Shown: positions 24,119 to 38,525, counted from the stretch's first letter. The stretch is DNA of 64,000 nt from Escherichia coli (GCF_003334815.1 NZ_QOWO01000015.1), one strand, 5' to 3'. Program-made: numbers and translations. The notes: a model not told the origin generated them from the letters alone.

Positions 24119-24147
24119 TTGCAAATTTTTCAACATTTTATACACTA
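24119..24147 (+). promoter_or_regulatory. Candidate sigma-70 promoter for acpP (TTGCAA -35, TACACT -10)
   Basis: TTGCAA at 24119-24124 and TACACT about 16-17 nt downstream, 45 nt upstream of acpP; motif match only. Confidence 0.35.
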
Positions 24148-24191
24148 CGAAAACCATCGCGAAAGCGAGTTTTGATAGGAAATTTAAGAGT

Positions 24192-24428
24192 ATGAGCACT
24201 ATCGAAGAACGCGTTAAGAAAATTATCGGCGAACAGCTGGGCGTTAAGCAGGAAGAAGTTACCAACAATGCTTCTTTCGTTGAAGACCTGGGCGCGGATT
24301 CTCTTGACACCGTTGAGCTGGTAATGGCTCTGGAAGAAGAGTTTGATACTGAGATTCCGGACGAAGAAGCTGAGAAAATCACCACCGTTCAGGCTGCCAT
24401 TGATTACATCAACGGCCACCAGGCGTAA
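24192..24428 (+). CDS. acpP: Acyl carrier protein, 78 aa
   Basis: [51 protein letters not shown] with the phosphopantetheine-attachment DSLD motif. Confidence 0.98.
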
Positions 24429-24440
24429 GTGAACATCTCC

Positions 24441-24475
24441 AGGCGGTCGTTCGACCGCCTGAGTTTTATCTTTTT
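24441..24475 (+). terminator. acpP terminator / attenuator hairpin
   Basis: AGGCGGTCG-TT-CGACCGCCT stem followed by GAGTTTTATCTTTTT. Confidence 0.65.
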
Positions 24476-24485
24476 GTCCCACTAG

Positions 24486-25757
<1,272 letters not shown>

Positions 25758-25778
25758 GTTGTCATTTTCCACCCTTAT

Positions 25779-25806
25779 AAAAGGTCCGCTTGCGGGCCTT
25801 TTTTCT
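25779..25806 (+). terminator. fabF Rho-independent terminator
   Basis: AAAAGGTCCGCTTGCGGGCCTTTTTT, a near-palindromic GC stem flanked by A and T runs. Confidence 0.6.
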
Positions 25807-25876
25807 TAGCTTTTATTCCGACTTGTTCCGTAGTGAACATGCTGCCACACTAACAATTCTCTGATAAGGAGCCGGT

Positions 25877-26686
25877 ATGTTCTTAATTAACGGTCATAAG
25901 CAGGAATCGCTGGCAGTAAGCGATCGGGCAACGCAGTTTGGTGATGGTTGTTTTACCACCGCCAGAGTTATCGACGGTAAAGTCAGTTTGTTATCGGCGC
26001 ATATCCAGCGACTACAGGATGCTTGTCAGCGGTTGATGATTTCCTGTGACTTCTGGCCTCAGCTTGAACAAGAGATGAAAACGCTGGCAGCAGAACAGCA
26101 AAATGGTGTGCTGAAAGTCGTGATCAGTCGCGGTAGTGGCGGGCGAGGGTACAGCACATTGAACAGCGGACCGGCAACGCGGATTCTCTCCGTTACGGCT
26201 TATCCTGCACATTACGACCGTTTGCGTAACGAGGGGATTACGTTGGCGCTAAGCCCGGTGCGGCTGGGGCGCAATCCTCATCTTGCAGGTATTAAACATC
26301 TCAATCGTCTTGAGCAAGTATTGATTCGCTCTCATCTTGAGCAGACAAACGCTGATGAGGCGCTGGTCCTTGACAGCGAAGGGTGGGTTACGGAATGCTG
26401 TGCGGCTAATTTGTTCTGGCGGAAGGGCAACGTAGTTTATACGCCGCGACTGGATCAGGCAGGTGTTAACGGCATTATGCGACAATTCTGTATCCGTTTG
26501 CTGGCACAATCCTCTTATCAGCTTGTCGAAGTGCAAGCCTCTCTGGAAGAGTCGTTGCAGGCAGATGAGATGGTTATTTGTAATGCGTTAATGCCAGTGA
26601 TGCCCGTATGTGCCTGTGGCGATGTCTCCTTTTCGTCAGCAACGTTATATGAATATTTAGCCCCACTTTGTGAGCGCCCGAATTAG
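25877..26686 (+). CDS. pabC: Aminodeoxychorismate lyase PabC, 269 aa
   Basis: 269-aa class-IV aminotransferase-fold [34 protein letters not shown]. Confidence 0.92.
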
Positions 26687-26688
26687 TC

Positions 26689-27711
26689 ATGAAAAAAGTG
26701 TTATTGATAATCTTGTTATTGCTGGTGGTACTGGGTATCGCCGCTGGTGTGGGCGTCTGGAAGGTTCGCCATCTTGCCGACAGCAAATTGCTTATCAAAG
26801 AAGAGACGATATTTACCCTGAAGCCAGGGACCGGACGTCTGGCGCTCGGTGAACAGCTTTATGCCGATAAGATCATCAATCGTCCACGGGTTTTTCAATG
26901 GCTGCTGCGTATCGAACCGGATCTTTCTCACTTTAAAGCCGGGACTTACCGCTTTACACCGCAGATGACCGTGCGCGAGATGCTGAAATTGCTGGAAAGC
27001 GGTAAAGAAGCACAGTTCCCTCTGCGACTGGTAGAAGGGATGCGTCTGAGCGATTACCTCAAGCAATTGCGTGAGGCCCCGTATATCAAGCATACGCTGA
27101 GCGATGATAAGTACGCCACCGTAGCGCAGGCACTTGAACTGGAAAACCCGGAGTGGATTGAAGGTTGGTTCTGGCCAGACACCTGGATGTATACCGCCAA
27201 TACCACCGATGTCGCGTTACTCAAGCGAGCGCACAAGAAAATGGTGAAAGCGGTCGATAGCGCCTGGGAAGGGCGTGCGGACGGTCTGCCTTATAAAGAT
27301 AAAAACCAGTTGGTGACGATGGCATCAATTATCGAAAAAGAAACCGCCGTTGCCAGTGAACGCGATAAGGTTGCCTCAGTATTTATCAACCGTTTACGCA
27401 TTGGTATGCGCCTGCAGACCGACCCGACCGTGATTTACGGGATGGGAGAGCGTTATAATGGCAAACTTTCTCGTGCAGACCTGGAAACGCCGACAGCGTA
27501 TAACACCTATACCATTACCGGTCTGCCGCCAGGTGCGATAGCGACGCCGGGGGCGGATTCGCTGAAGGCTGCTGCGCATCCGGCAAAAACGCCGTATCTC
27601 TATTTTGTGGCCGATGGTAAAGGTGGTCACACGTTTAATACCAATCTTGCCAGTCATAACAAGTCTGTGCAGGATTATCTGAAAGTGCTTAAGGAAAAAA
27701 ATGCGCAGTAA
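26689..27711 (+). CDS. mltG: Endolytic murein transglycosylase MltG (YceG), 340 aa
   Basis: 340-aa ORF with N-terminal TM helix [24 protein letters not shown] and YceG-like domain; starts 2 nt after the pabC stop. Confidence 0.92.
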
Positions 27712-28342
27712 GTATATCGTCATTGAGGGGCTGGAAGGCGCAGGCAAAACTACCGCGCGTAATGTGGTGGTTGAGACGCTCGAGCAACTGGGTATCCGCG
27801 ACATGGTTTTCACTCGGGAACCTGGCGGTACGCAACTTGCCGAAAAGTTAAGAAGCCTGGTGCTGGATATCAAATCGGTAGGCGATGAAGTCATTACCGA
27901 TAAAGCCGAAGTTCTGATGTTTTATGCCGCGCGCGTTCAACTGGTAGAAACGGTCATCAAACCAGCTCTGGCTAACGGCACCTGGGTGATTGGCGATCGC
28001 CACGATCTCTCCACTCAGGCGTATCAGGGCGGCGGACGTGGTATTGACCAACATATGCTGGCAACACTGCGTGATGCTGTTCTCGGGGATTTTCGCCCCG
28101 ACTTAACGCTCTATCTCGATGTTACCCCGGAAGTTGGCTTAAAACGCGCGCGTGCGCGCGGCGAGCTGGATCGTATTGAGCAAGAATCTTTCGATTTCTT
28201 TAATCGCACCCGCGCCCGCTATCTGGAACTGGCAGCACAAGATAAAAGCATTCATACCATTGATGCCACCCAGCCGCTGGAGGCCGTGATGGATGCAATC
28301 CGCACTACCGTGACCCACTGGGTGAAGGAGTTGGACGCATGA
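27701..28342 (+). CDS. tmk: Thymidylate kinase, 213 aa
   Basis: 213-aa [21 protein letters not shown] with P-loop; overlaps mltG 3' end by 11 nt. Confidence 0.95.
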
Positions 28343-29343
28343 GATGGTATCCATGGTTACGACCTGATTTCGAAAAACTGGTAGCCAGCTATCAGGCCGG
28401 AAGAGGTCACCATGCGCTACTCATTCAGGCGTTACCGGGCATGGGCGATGATGCTTTAATCTACGCCCTGAGCCGTTATTTACTCTGCCAACAACCGCAG
28501 GGCCACAAAAGTTGCGGTCACTGTCGTGGATGTCAGTTGATGCAGGCTGGCACGCATCCCGATTACTACACCCTGGCTCCCGAAAAAGGAAAAAATACGC
28601 TGGGCGTTGATGCGGTACGTGAGGTCACCGAAAAGCTGAATGAGCACGCACGCTTAGGTGGTGCGAAAGTCGTTTGGGTAACCGATGCTGCCTTACTAAC
28701 CGACGCCGCGGCTAACGCATTGCTGAAAACGCTTGAAGAGCCACCAGCAGAAACCTGGTTTTTCCTGGCTACCCGCGAGCCTGAACGTTTACTGGCAACA
28801 TTACGTAGTCGTTGTCGGTTACATTACCTTGCGCCGCCGCCGGAACAGTACGCCGTGACCTGGCTTTCACGCGAAGTGACAATGTCACAGGATGCATTAC
28901 TTGCCGCATTGCGCTTAAGCGCCGGTTCGCCTGGCGCGGCACTGGCGTTGTTTCAGGGAGATAACTGGCAGGCTCGTGAAACATTGTGTCAGGCGTTGGC
29001 ATATAGCGTGCCATCGGGCGACTGGTATTCGCTGCTAGCGGCCCTTAATCATGAACAAGCTCCGGCGCGTTTACACTGGCTGGCAACGTTGCTGATGGAT
29101 GCGCTAAAACGCCATCATGGTGCTGCGCAGGTGACCAATGTTGATGTGCCGGGCCTGGTCGCCGAACTGGCAAACCATCTTTCTCCCTCGCGCCTGCAGG
29201 CTATACTGGGGGATGTTTGCCACATTCGTGAACAGTTAATGTCTGTTACAGGCATCAACCGCGAGCTTCTCATCACCGATCTTTTACTGCGTATTGAGCA
29301 TTACCTGCAACCGGGCGTTGTGCTACCGGTTCCTCATCTTTAA
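28339..29343 (+). CDS. holB: DNA polymerase III delta-prime subunit HolB, 334 aa
   Basis: 334-aa [69 protein letters not shown]; ATGA overlap with tmk. Confidence 0.95.
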
Positions 29344-29353
29344 GAGAGACATC

Positions 29354-30151
29354 ATGTTTTTAGTCGACTCACACTGCCATCTCGATGGTCTGGATTATGA
29401 ATCTTTGCATAAGGACGTGGATGACGTTCTGGCGAAAGCCGCCGCACGCGATGTGAAATTTTGTCTGGCAGTCGCCACAACATTACCGGGTTATTTACAT
29501 ATGCGGGATCTGGTAGGCGAACGTGACAACGTCGTATTTTCTTGTGGCGTGCATCCACTCAACCAGAATGATCCCTACGATGTAGAAGATTTACGCCGTC
29601 TGGCGGCAGAAGAGGGTGTTGTAGCGCTGGGTGAAACCGGGCTGGATTATTATTACACGCCGGAAACTAAAGTACGTCAGCAAGAGTCCTTCATCCATCA
29701 TATCCAGATTGGTCGTGAACTGAACAAGCCGGTTATCGTCCATACCCGTGACGCCCGTGCCGATACGCTGGCAATTCTGCGCGAAGAAAAAGTGACGGAT
29801 TGCGGTGGCGTACTACACTGTTTTACAGAGGACAGAGAAACGGCGGGTAAATTACTGGATCTCGGATTTTACATCTCCTTTTCCGGCATTGTGACCTTCC
29901 GTAATGCGGAGCAACTGCGCGATGCTGCGCGTTATGTCCCCCTGGATCGGTTACTGGTGGAAACTGACTCACCTTACCTTGCGCCGGTACCGCATCGAGG
30001 AAAAGAGAATCAACCTGCGATGGTTCGTGACGTTGCAGAATACATGGCTGTGTTGAAAGGTGTTGCCGTTGAAGAACTGGCGCAGGTAACCACCGATAAC
30101 TTCGCCCGTCTGTTTCACATCGACGCTTCCCGCCTTCAATCCATCCGTTGA
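29354..30151 (+). CDS. ycfH: TatD-family metal-dependent DNase YcfH, 265 aa
   Basis: ORF-track frame 29294..30151; ATG 29354 gives [18 protein letters not shown], the TatD HxH motif; 265 aa. Confidence 0.9.
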
Positions 30152-30319
30152 ATGAGTTTTTTTAAAGCTCGTAATTAATGGCTAAAACGAGTAAAGTTCA
30201 CCGCCGAAAATTGGGCGGTGAATAACCACGTTTGAAATATTGTGACATATGTTTTGTCAAAATGTGCAACTTCTCCAATGATCTGAAGTTGAAACGTGAT
30301 AGCCGTCAAACAAATTGGC

Positions 30320-30355
30320 ACTGAATTATTTTACTCTGTGTAATAAATAAAGGGC
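30320..30355. promoter_or_regulatory. ptsG promoter-proximal AT-rich palindrome (candidate Mlc/CRP operator)
   Basis: TTATTT-N13-AAATAA inverted arms at 30326-30331 and 30345-30350 enclosing a TGTGTAAT CRP-like half-site, about 100 nt upstream of ptsG. Confidence 0.4.
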
Positions 30356-30445
30356 GCTTAGATGCCCTGTACACGGCGAGGCTCTCCCCCCTTGCCACGC
30401 GTGAGAACGTAAAAAAAGCACCCATACTCAGGAGCACTCTCAATT

Positions 30446-31879
30446 ATGTTTAAGAATGCATTTGCTAACCTGCAAAAGGTCGGTAAATCGCTGATGCTGC
30501 CGGTATCCGTACTGCCTATCGCAGGTATTCTGCTGGGCGTCGGTTCCGCGAATTTCAGCTGGCTGCCCGCCGTTGTATCGCATGTTATGGCAGAAGCAGG
30601 CGGTTCCGTCTTTGCAAACATGCCACTGATTTTTGCGATCGGTGTCGCCCTCGGCTTTACCAATAACGATGGCGTATCCGCGCTGGCCGCAGTTGTTGCC
30701 TATGGCATCATGGTTAAAACCATGGCCGTGGTTGCGCCACTGGTACTGCATTTACCTGCTGAAGAAATCGCCTCTAAACACCTGGCGGATACTGGCGTAC
30801 TCGGAGGGATTATCTCCGGTGCGATCGCAGCGTACATGTTTAACCGTTTCTACCGTATTAAGCTGCCTGAGTATCTTGGCTTCTTTGCCGGTAAACGCTT
30901 TGTGCCGATCATTTCTGGCCTGGCTGCCATCTTTACTGGCGTTGTGCTGTCCTTCATTTGGCCGCCGATTGGTTCTGCAATCCAGACCTTCTCTCAGTGG
31001 GCTGCTTACCAGAACCCGGTAGTTGCGTTTGGCATTTACGGTTTCATCGAACGTTGCCTGGTACCGTTTGGTCTGCACCACATCTGGAACGTACCTTTCC
31101 AGATGCAGATTGGTGAATACACCAACGCAGCAGGTCAGGTTTTCCACGGCGACATTCCGCGTTATATGGCGGGTGACCCGACTGCGGGTAAACTGTCTGG
31201 TGGCTTCCTGTTCAAAATGTACGGTCTGCCAGCTGCCGCAATTGCTATCTGGCACTCTGCTAAACCAGAAAACCGCGCGAAAGTGGGCGGTATTATGATC
31301 TCCGCGGCGCTGACCTCGTTCCTGACCGGTATCACCGAGCCGATCGAGTTCTCCTTCATGTTCGTTGCGCCGATCCTGTACATCATCCACGCGATTCTGG
31401 CAGGCCTGGCATTCCCAATCTGTATTCTTCTGGGGATGCGTGACGGTACGTCGTTCTCGCACGGTCTGATCGACTTCATCGTTCTGTCTGGTAACAGCAG
31501 CAAACTGTGGCTGTTCCCGATCGTCGGTATCGGTTATGCGATTGTTTACTACACCATCTTCCGCGTGCTGATTAAAGCACTGGATCTGAAAACGCCGGGT
31601 CGTGAAGACGCGACTGAAGATGCAAAAGCGACAGGTACCAGCGAAATGGCACCGGCTCTGGTTGCTGCATTTGGTGGTAAAGAAAACATTACTAACCTCG
31701 ACGCATGTATTACCCGTCTGCGCGTCAGCGTTGCTGATGTGTCTAAAGTGGATCAGGCCGGCCTGAAGAAACTGGGCGCAGCGGGCGTAGTGGTTGCTGG
31801 TTCTGGTGTTCAGGCGATTTTCGGTACTAAATCCGATAACCTGAAAACCGAGATGGATGAGTACATCCGTAACCACTAA
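30446..31879 (+). CDS. ptsG: PTS glucose-specific EIICB component PtsG, 477 aa
   Basis: 477-aa [36 protein letters not shown]; EIIC membrane domain plus C-terminal EIIB with [12 protein letters not shown]. Confidence 0.97.
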
Positions 31880-31901
31880 TCCGTAAGACGTTGGGGAGAC
31901 T

Positions 31902-31928
31902 AAGGCAGCCAGATGGCTGCCTTTTTTA
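31902..31928 (+). terminator. ptsG Rho-independent terminator
   Basis: GGCAGCC-AGAT-GGCTGCC stem followed by TTTTTT, 25 nt after the ptsG stop. Confidence 0.8.
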
Positions 31929-31938
31929 CAGGTGTTAT

Positions 31939-34128
31939 TCAGAATTGATACGTGCCGGTAATGCTGAAATTACGCGGTGTGCCGTAGACGATAGAACCTT
32001 CCACGTTGGTATCGTAGGTTTTGTCGAACAGGTTATTGACGTTCCCCTGTAACGAGAAGTTTTTCGTCACCTGGTAGCGGGTGAAGAGATCCACCAGCGC
32101 GTAGCTACCTTGCTCGGCGCGGAAGGTGCCATACGGCGTCACGGTGTCGGTATACACGCGATTTTGCCAGTTAACACCACCGCCGACCGTCAACTCTGGC
32201 ATGACAGGCAACCGATAGCTGGTGAACATTTTAACCGTGGTGCGTGGCAGATTAGGATTAACGGCGTTTCCTTCGTTATCCTCTGCAATATAGCGCGTTG
32301 CGCCAAATGTCAGCTGCCAGTTGTCGGTAATTGCGCCGTTGAGTTCAAATTCCACCCCTTTACTGACTGTCCCATCCACCGCTTTATAGGCGGTTTCGCC
32401 GTTGCTGCCGGGGATAGGTGTACCGGTGGACTGAGCGACATTATCCTGCTCAATACGGAAGATGGCTAACGTGGTGGTCAGACGGCTATTCATCCAGTCC
32501 GATTTCAGACCCAGCTCGTAGTTGTTACCGGTGATTGGAGCCAGATATTTGCCTGAACTGTCACGATCATTTTGCGGCTGGAAAATAGAGGTATAGCTGG
32601 CGTAGGTCGACCAGTTGTCATTGATGTCAAACACCAGACCAGCGTAAGGCGTGGTGTGGTTTTTCTCCATGCTGTAAGTCAGCGTATCAACCCGCCAGTT
32701 GGTATAACGTGCGCCGAGGATCAGATGCAGCGGATCGGCAAGGGTGACACGAGTGGCAGCATATAACGATTTCATATGTGTGGTATCGTCCTGCGCCAGG
32801 CTCTGTGGTGACCAGTCGGTTTGTGGGAAATTGCCATTAAAGTTGTAGAAACTGCCAATTTCATCCGGGAAGATGTTGGCCCATGAACTGAAGTAACGAT
32901 TGTTTTGTTTGCTGTAACTGCCACCAAACATTAGATTGTGCTGACGACCAAACAATTCATAACTACCGTCAGCGAACAAATCCAGCGCATCAACTTTACG
33001 TTTGCCACTGTTCCAACCGGTGCCGCCGACATAATCAAAGCCAGGTCCATAATTACTGTATGGCCCAACCAGCATACCATCCGCTTTGTTTACATAGGCA
33101 TCGACATACATCATTTTGCTGTCAAATTCGACTTCAGAGTGGGTGGCATTCAGTGTCGCTTGCCAGGTATCAGCAAACTGCTGCTTCAGGGTCATAAAGA
33201 CCTTGTTGATCTCTTTATCGTTGTACGCCCAGTCAGGTGCGGTACTGCGTGCGCGATCGTAACTGTTGCTGCTGCCATCAGTATTCCAGCGCGGTAAACC
33301 GCCCCAGGTAGGGCTATTAACATCAATGCGCTGATATTCGTAACCGGCTGAAAGCGTCGTAAGATCGCCTAAATCAGCATCGACAATGCCCGAGAAGAAG
33401 GTCTTTTCACTGTTGTAGCGGTCCAGCCATGAGTCGTTATTCTGGTAGCCGCCGACAATTCGCGCGCGGATTTTACCGTCTTCGGTGAGTGGGCTTTGTA
33501 AATCCGCCACATACCGTTCTTTGTTCCAGCTACCGTATTCCGCCGAGACATCGCCTTTAAATTCACGACTGGTCGCGTGTTTTCGAACCATATTAATTGC
33601 CGCAGATGGATTACCCGTCCCGGTCATGAGTCCTGTCGCGCCACGCACTACTTCTACGCGTTCAAAGAGTGCCATATCAGAAAGTGCGTCGCCCAGATTC
33701 CAGCGCGATTCAAAATAGGTGGGGATACCATCAACCATATAGTTATCGATCTGGAATCCGCGGGAATAATAAAGAGCACGATCGGAATCCGCCTGACTTT
33801 TGCTGATCCCCAGCGTGTTTTCCATCACTTCGCCCAGCGTTTGTAACTGCTGATCTTCCATCCGCTGCTGGCTAACAATAGTGACCGACTGAGGAATATC
33901 ACGTTGAGTCATCTGCATTTTGGTACCCGCAGAGGTAGACGTTACGCTGTAATCATTTTCGCCATCATCTGGAGCTGTGGCTGAACCCTCAACAATCACC
34001 GTTTCTTCAGTGGCTGGTGCAGCAAAAGCGGCAGAAGGTAATAGTGCCAGTGCTATGCAACCGGCAAGTAGTGACGGTTTGGTGATGGCTTGATATTGAT
34101 TATCCCTGTTAAATTGTGTTGAAAGCAT
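31939..34128 (-). CDS. fhuE: TonB-dependent ferric coprogen / rhodotorulic acid receptor FhuE, 729 aa
   Basis: 729-aa ORF with signal peptide, TonB-box region and C-terminal terminal aromatic residue (…ITGTYQF). Confidence 0.95.
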   Translation of the reverse strand: MLSTQFNRDNQYQAITKPSLLAGCIALALLPSAAFAAPATEETVIVEGSATAPDDGENDYSVTSTSAGTKMQMTQRDIPQSVTIVSQQRMEDQQLQTLGEVMENTLGISKSQADSDRALYYSRGFQIDNYMVDGIPTYFESRWNLGDALSDMALFERVEVVRGATGLMTGTGNPSAAINMVRKHATSREFKGDVSAEYGSWNKERYVADLQSPLTEDGKIRARIVGGYQNNDSWLDRYNSEKTFFSGIVDADLGDLTTLSAGYEYQRIDVNSPTWGGLPRWNTDGSSNSYDRARSTAPDWAYNDKEINKVFMTLKQQFADTWQATLNATHSEVEFDSKMMYVDAYVNKADGMLVGPYSNYGPGFDYVGGTGWNSGKRKVDALDLFADGSYELFGRQHNLMFGGSYSKQNNRYFSSWANIFPDEIGSFYNFNGNFPQTDWSPQSLAQDDTTHMKSLYAATRVTLADPLHLILGARYTNWRVDTLTYSMEKNHTTPYAGLVFDINDNWSTYASYTSIFQPQNDRDSSGKYLAPITGNNYELGLKSDWMNSRLTTTLAIFRIEQDNVAQSTGTPIPGSNGETAYKAVDGTVSKGVEFELNGAITDNWQLTFGATRYIAEDNEGNAVNPNLPRTTVKMFTSYRLPVMPELTVGGGVNWQNRVYTDTVTPYGTFRAEQGSYALVDLFTRYQVTKNFSLQGNVNNLFDKTYDTNVEGSIVYGTPRNFSITGTYQF

Positions 34129-34205
34129 TTGAAATCTCTTGGTTTATGTTGTCGTCAGGCTCATGCCGGAGGAGGGTGATGAGCGATTATATTTAGTGTG
34201 CGAAT

Positions 34206-34250
34206 AATTTTGTTTGTAAATGCAAATGAGAAATATACGCATTCATATTT
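34206..34250 (-). promoter_or_regulatory. Candidate Fur box in the fhuE promoter
   Basis: Tandem GATAAT-like hexamers (GTAAAT GCAAAT GAGAAA) 80-120 nt upstream of the fhuE start; motif match only. Confidence 0.3.
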
Positions 34251-34461
34251 GTCATGTAAACCAAACAGAGAATGTCTTTTCAGCGCATTCGCAGGCAGAA
34301 ATGGGAATAATGGCGATATATACGGCAGCAAAACGATTTTTTGCTTAAGAAATCGTGAGTTAAGGTTGAAAGAGCAGGTTTAACTCGACCATACTCTATA
34401 CTCGCAGTGTGGCGCGGCGTAGCATGGCGCAACGCATGGCTATTTGAAAAAGGAAAATGTC

Positions 34462-34821
34462 GTGGCAGAAGAAACTATATTCAGCAAAATTATTCGTCGT
34501 GAGATCCCCTCCGATATCGTCTACCAGGATGATCTGGTAACGGCGTTTCGCGATATTTCGCCGCAAGCGCCAACGCATATTCTGATCATTCCGAATATCC
34601 TCATTCCGACTGTGAACGACGTCTCAGCTGAGCATGAGCAGGCGCTGGGACGCATGATCACCGTAGCGGCAAAAATTGCTGAGCAAGAAGGTATTGCCGA
34701 AGATGGCTATCGTCTGATCATGAATACCAACCGCCATGGCGGACAAGAGGTTTACCACATCCATATGCACTTGTTGGGTGGCCGTCCGCTGGGACCAATG
34801 CTGGCGCATAAAGGTCTGTAA
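34462..34821 (+). CDS. hinT: Purine nucleoside phosphoramidase HinT (HIT family), 119 aa (GTG start)
   Basis: ORF-track frame 34444..34821; GTG 34462 gives [16 protein letters not shown] and the HIT motif HIHMHLLGG. Confidence 0.92.
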   Translation: MAEETIFSKIIRREIPSDIVYQDDLVTAFRDISPQAPTHILIIPNILIPTVNDVSAEHEQALGRMITVAAKIAEQEGIAEDGYRLIMNTNRHGGQEVYHIHMHLLGGRPLGPMLAHKGL

Positions 34822-34823
34822 CG

Positions 34824-35201
34824 ATGAGAAAAGGATGCTTTGGGCTGGTGTCTCTGGTGTTGTTACTGCTGGTGGGCTGTCGTTCACATCCGGAAATTCC
34901 GGTGAATGATGAGCAATCGCTGGTGATGGAGTCATCTTTATTGGCTGCGGGCATCAGTGCAGAAAAGCCCTTCCTTTCGACGTCTGATATTCAACCTTCA
35001 GCATCCTCAACGCTTTATAACGAAAGGCAAGAACCCGTTACCGTTCATTATCGTTTTTACTGGTATGACGCCAGAGGGCTGGAGATGCATCCTCTGGAAA
35101 GGCCACGCAGCGTTACCATTCCCGCACATTCGGCGGTAACGCTGTACGGCAGCGCCAATTTTCTGGGGGCGCACAAAGTCAGACTTTATCTATATTTGTA
35201 A
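34824..35201 (+). CDS. ycfL: Lipoprotein YcfL, 125 aa
   Basis: 125-aa ORF with lipobox MRKGCFGLVSLVLLLLVGC. Confidence 0.85.
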   Translation: MRKGCFGLVSLVLLLLVGCRSHPEIPVNDEQSLVMESSLLAAGISAEKPFLSTSDIQPSASSTLYNERQEPVTVHYRFYWYDARGLEMHPLERPRSVTIPAHSAVTLYGSANFLGAHKVRLYLYL

Positions 35202-35214
35202 GGGGTGAATCTTG

Positions 35215-35836
35215 ATGACAAAAATGAGTCGCTACGCCTTGATTACCGCGCTGGCGATGTTTCTCGCCGGGTGTGTGGGGCAACGTGAACCTGCACCGGT
35301 AGAAGAAGTGAAACCAGCGCCGGAACAACCAGCCGAGCCACAACAGCCTGTCCCCACAGTGCCCTCGGTGCCGACGATCCCGCAGCAGCCAGGCCCAATT
35401 GAGCACGAAGATCAAACTGCACCGCCTGCGCCGCATATTCGCCATTATGACTGGAATGGCGCAATGCAGCCGATGGTCAGTAAGATGCTTGGGGCTGACG
35501 GGGTGACTGCGGGTAGCGTCCTGCTGGTTGATAGCGTTAACAACCGTACTAACGGTTCGCTGAATGCCGCAGAAGCGACCGAAACGCTGCGAAATGCGCT
35601 GGCTAATAACGGGAAATTTACCCTGGTTTCCGCCCAGCAACTGTCGATGGCGAAGCAACAGTTAGGTTTGTCGCCGCAGGACAGTTTAGGCACCCGTAGT
35701 AAAGCCATAGGCATTGCCCGCAATGTCGGCGCTCATTACGTGCTGTACTCCAGCGCCTCTGGCAACGTTAACGCTCCGACCCTACAAATGCAGCTGATGC
35801 TGGTGCAGACGGGCGAAATTATCTGGTCAGGTAAAG

Positions 35837-35856
<20 letters not shown>
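35215..35856 (+). CDS. lpoB: Outer-membrane lipoprotein LpoB (PBP1B activator), 213 aa
   Basis: ATG 35215 gives [20 protein letters not shown] lipobox followed by a Pro-rich linker. Confidence 0.9.
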
Positions 35857-37697
<1,841 letters not shown>

Positions 37698-37719
37698 CCC
37701 TGGCTTATGTGAGGAAGCG

Positions 37720-38262
37720 ATGATTATCTATTTACACGGTTTTGACTCTAACAGTCCGGGTAACCACGAGAAAGTCTTACAATTGCAGTTTATTGACCCG
37801 GATGTACGCTTGATAAGCTACAGTACGCGGCATCCGAAACATGATATGCAGCATCTGCTTAAAGAAGTGGACAAAATGTTGCAACTGAACGTTGACGAGC
37901 GTCCGCTAATTTGCGGCGTTGGCTTGGGCGGATACTGGGCGGAACGGATTGGTTTTCTTTGCGACATCCGCCAGGTGATCTTCAACCCTAATTTGTTCCC
38001 TTATGAGAACATGGAAGGCAAGATTGATCGCCCGGAAGAGTATGCCGATATTGCCACTAAGTGTGTGACCAACTTCCGTGAAAAGAATCGCGATCGTTGC
38101 CTGGTGATTTTGTCGCGTAATGATGAAGCGCTTAACAGCCAGCGGACATCTGAAGAGTTGCATCATTATTACGAGATTGTCTGGGACGAAGAGCAGACGC
38201 ACAAATTCAAGAATATCTCCCCGCATTTACAGCGCATTAAAGCGTTCAAAACCCTCGGGTAA
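37720..38262 (+). CDS. ycfP: Esterase YcfP (UPF0227), 180 aa
   Basis: ORF-track frame 37663..38262; ATG 37720 gives [18 protein letters not shown], an alpha/beta-hydrolase start. Confidence 0.88.
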
Positions 38263-38271
38263 ATGCCCTCG

Positions 38272-38390
38272 TCGCATCAGGTAACCTTGCCGGTACCTGA
38301 TGCGCTCCGAATTCTGTGGGTCGGATAAGGCGTCCACGCCGCATCCGACAGTCGAGCATCAATGCCTGATGCGCTTCTTATCAGGCCTAC
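38272..38390. repeat. BIME with three REP palindromic units downstream of ycfP
   Basis: CGCATCAGGTAACCTTGCCGGTACCTGATGCG, TCGGATAAGGCGTCCACGCCGCATCCGA and GCCTGATGCGCTTCTTATCAGGC. Confidence 0.8.
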
Positions 38391-38511
38391 CGAACGCCCT
38401 GCATACACCCCTCACTCTATATCACTCTCACAAATTCGCTCAAATAATAAACAATAAACTCTGTTTTTTGATCTCACCCGGTAAAGTCGCCTATCTTTTC
38501 AGCAACAAAAC

Positions 38512-38525
38512 TTGATTAACATCAA
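38512..38525. promoter_or_regulatory. FNR consensus site TTGAT-TAAC-ATCAA in the ndh regulatory region
   Basis: Exact TTGAT-N4-ATCAA palindrome about 140 nt upstream of the ndh start. Confidence 0.65.

Noticed and set aside
30752-31876. 374-aa minus-strand ORF antisense to almost all of ptsG
   Set aside because: Fully embedded in the well-supported ptsG frame; the product is Arg/Thr/Asp-rich with no recognisable domain; long antisense ORFs are a common by-product of strong codon bias.
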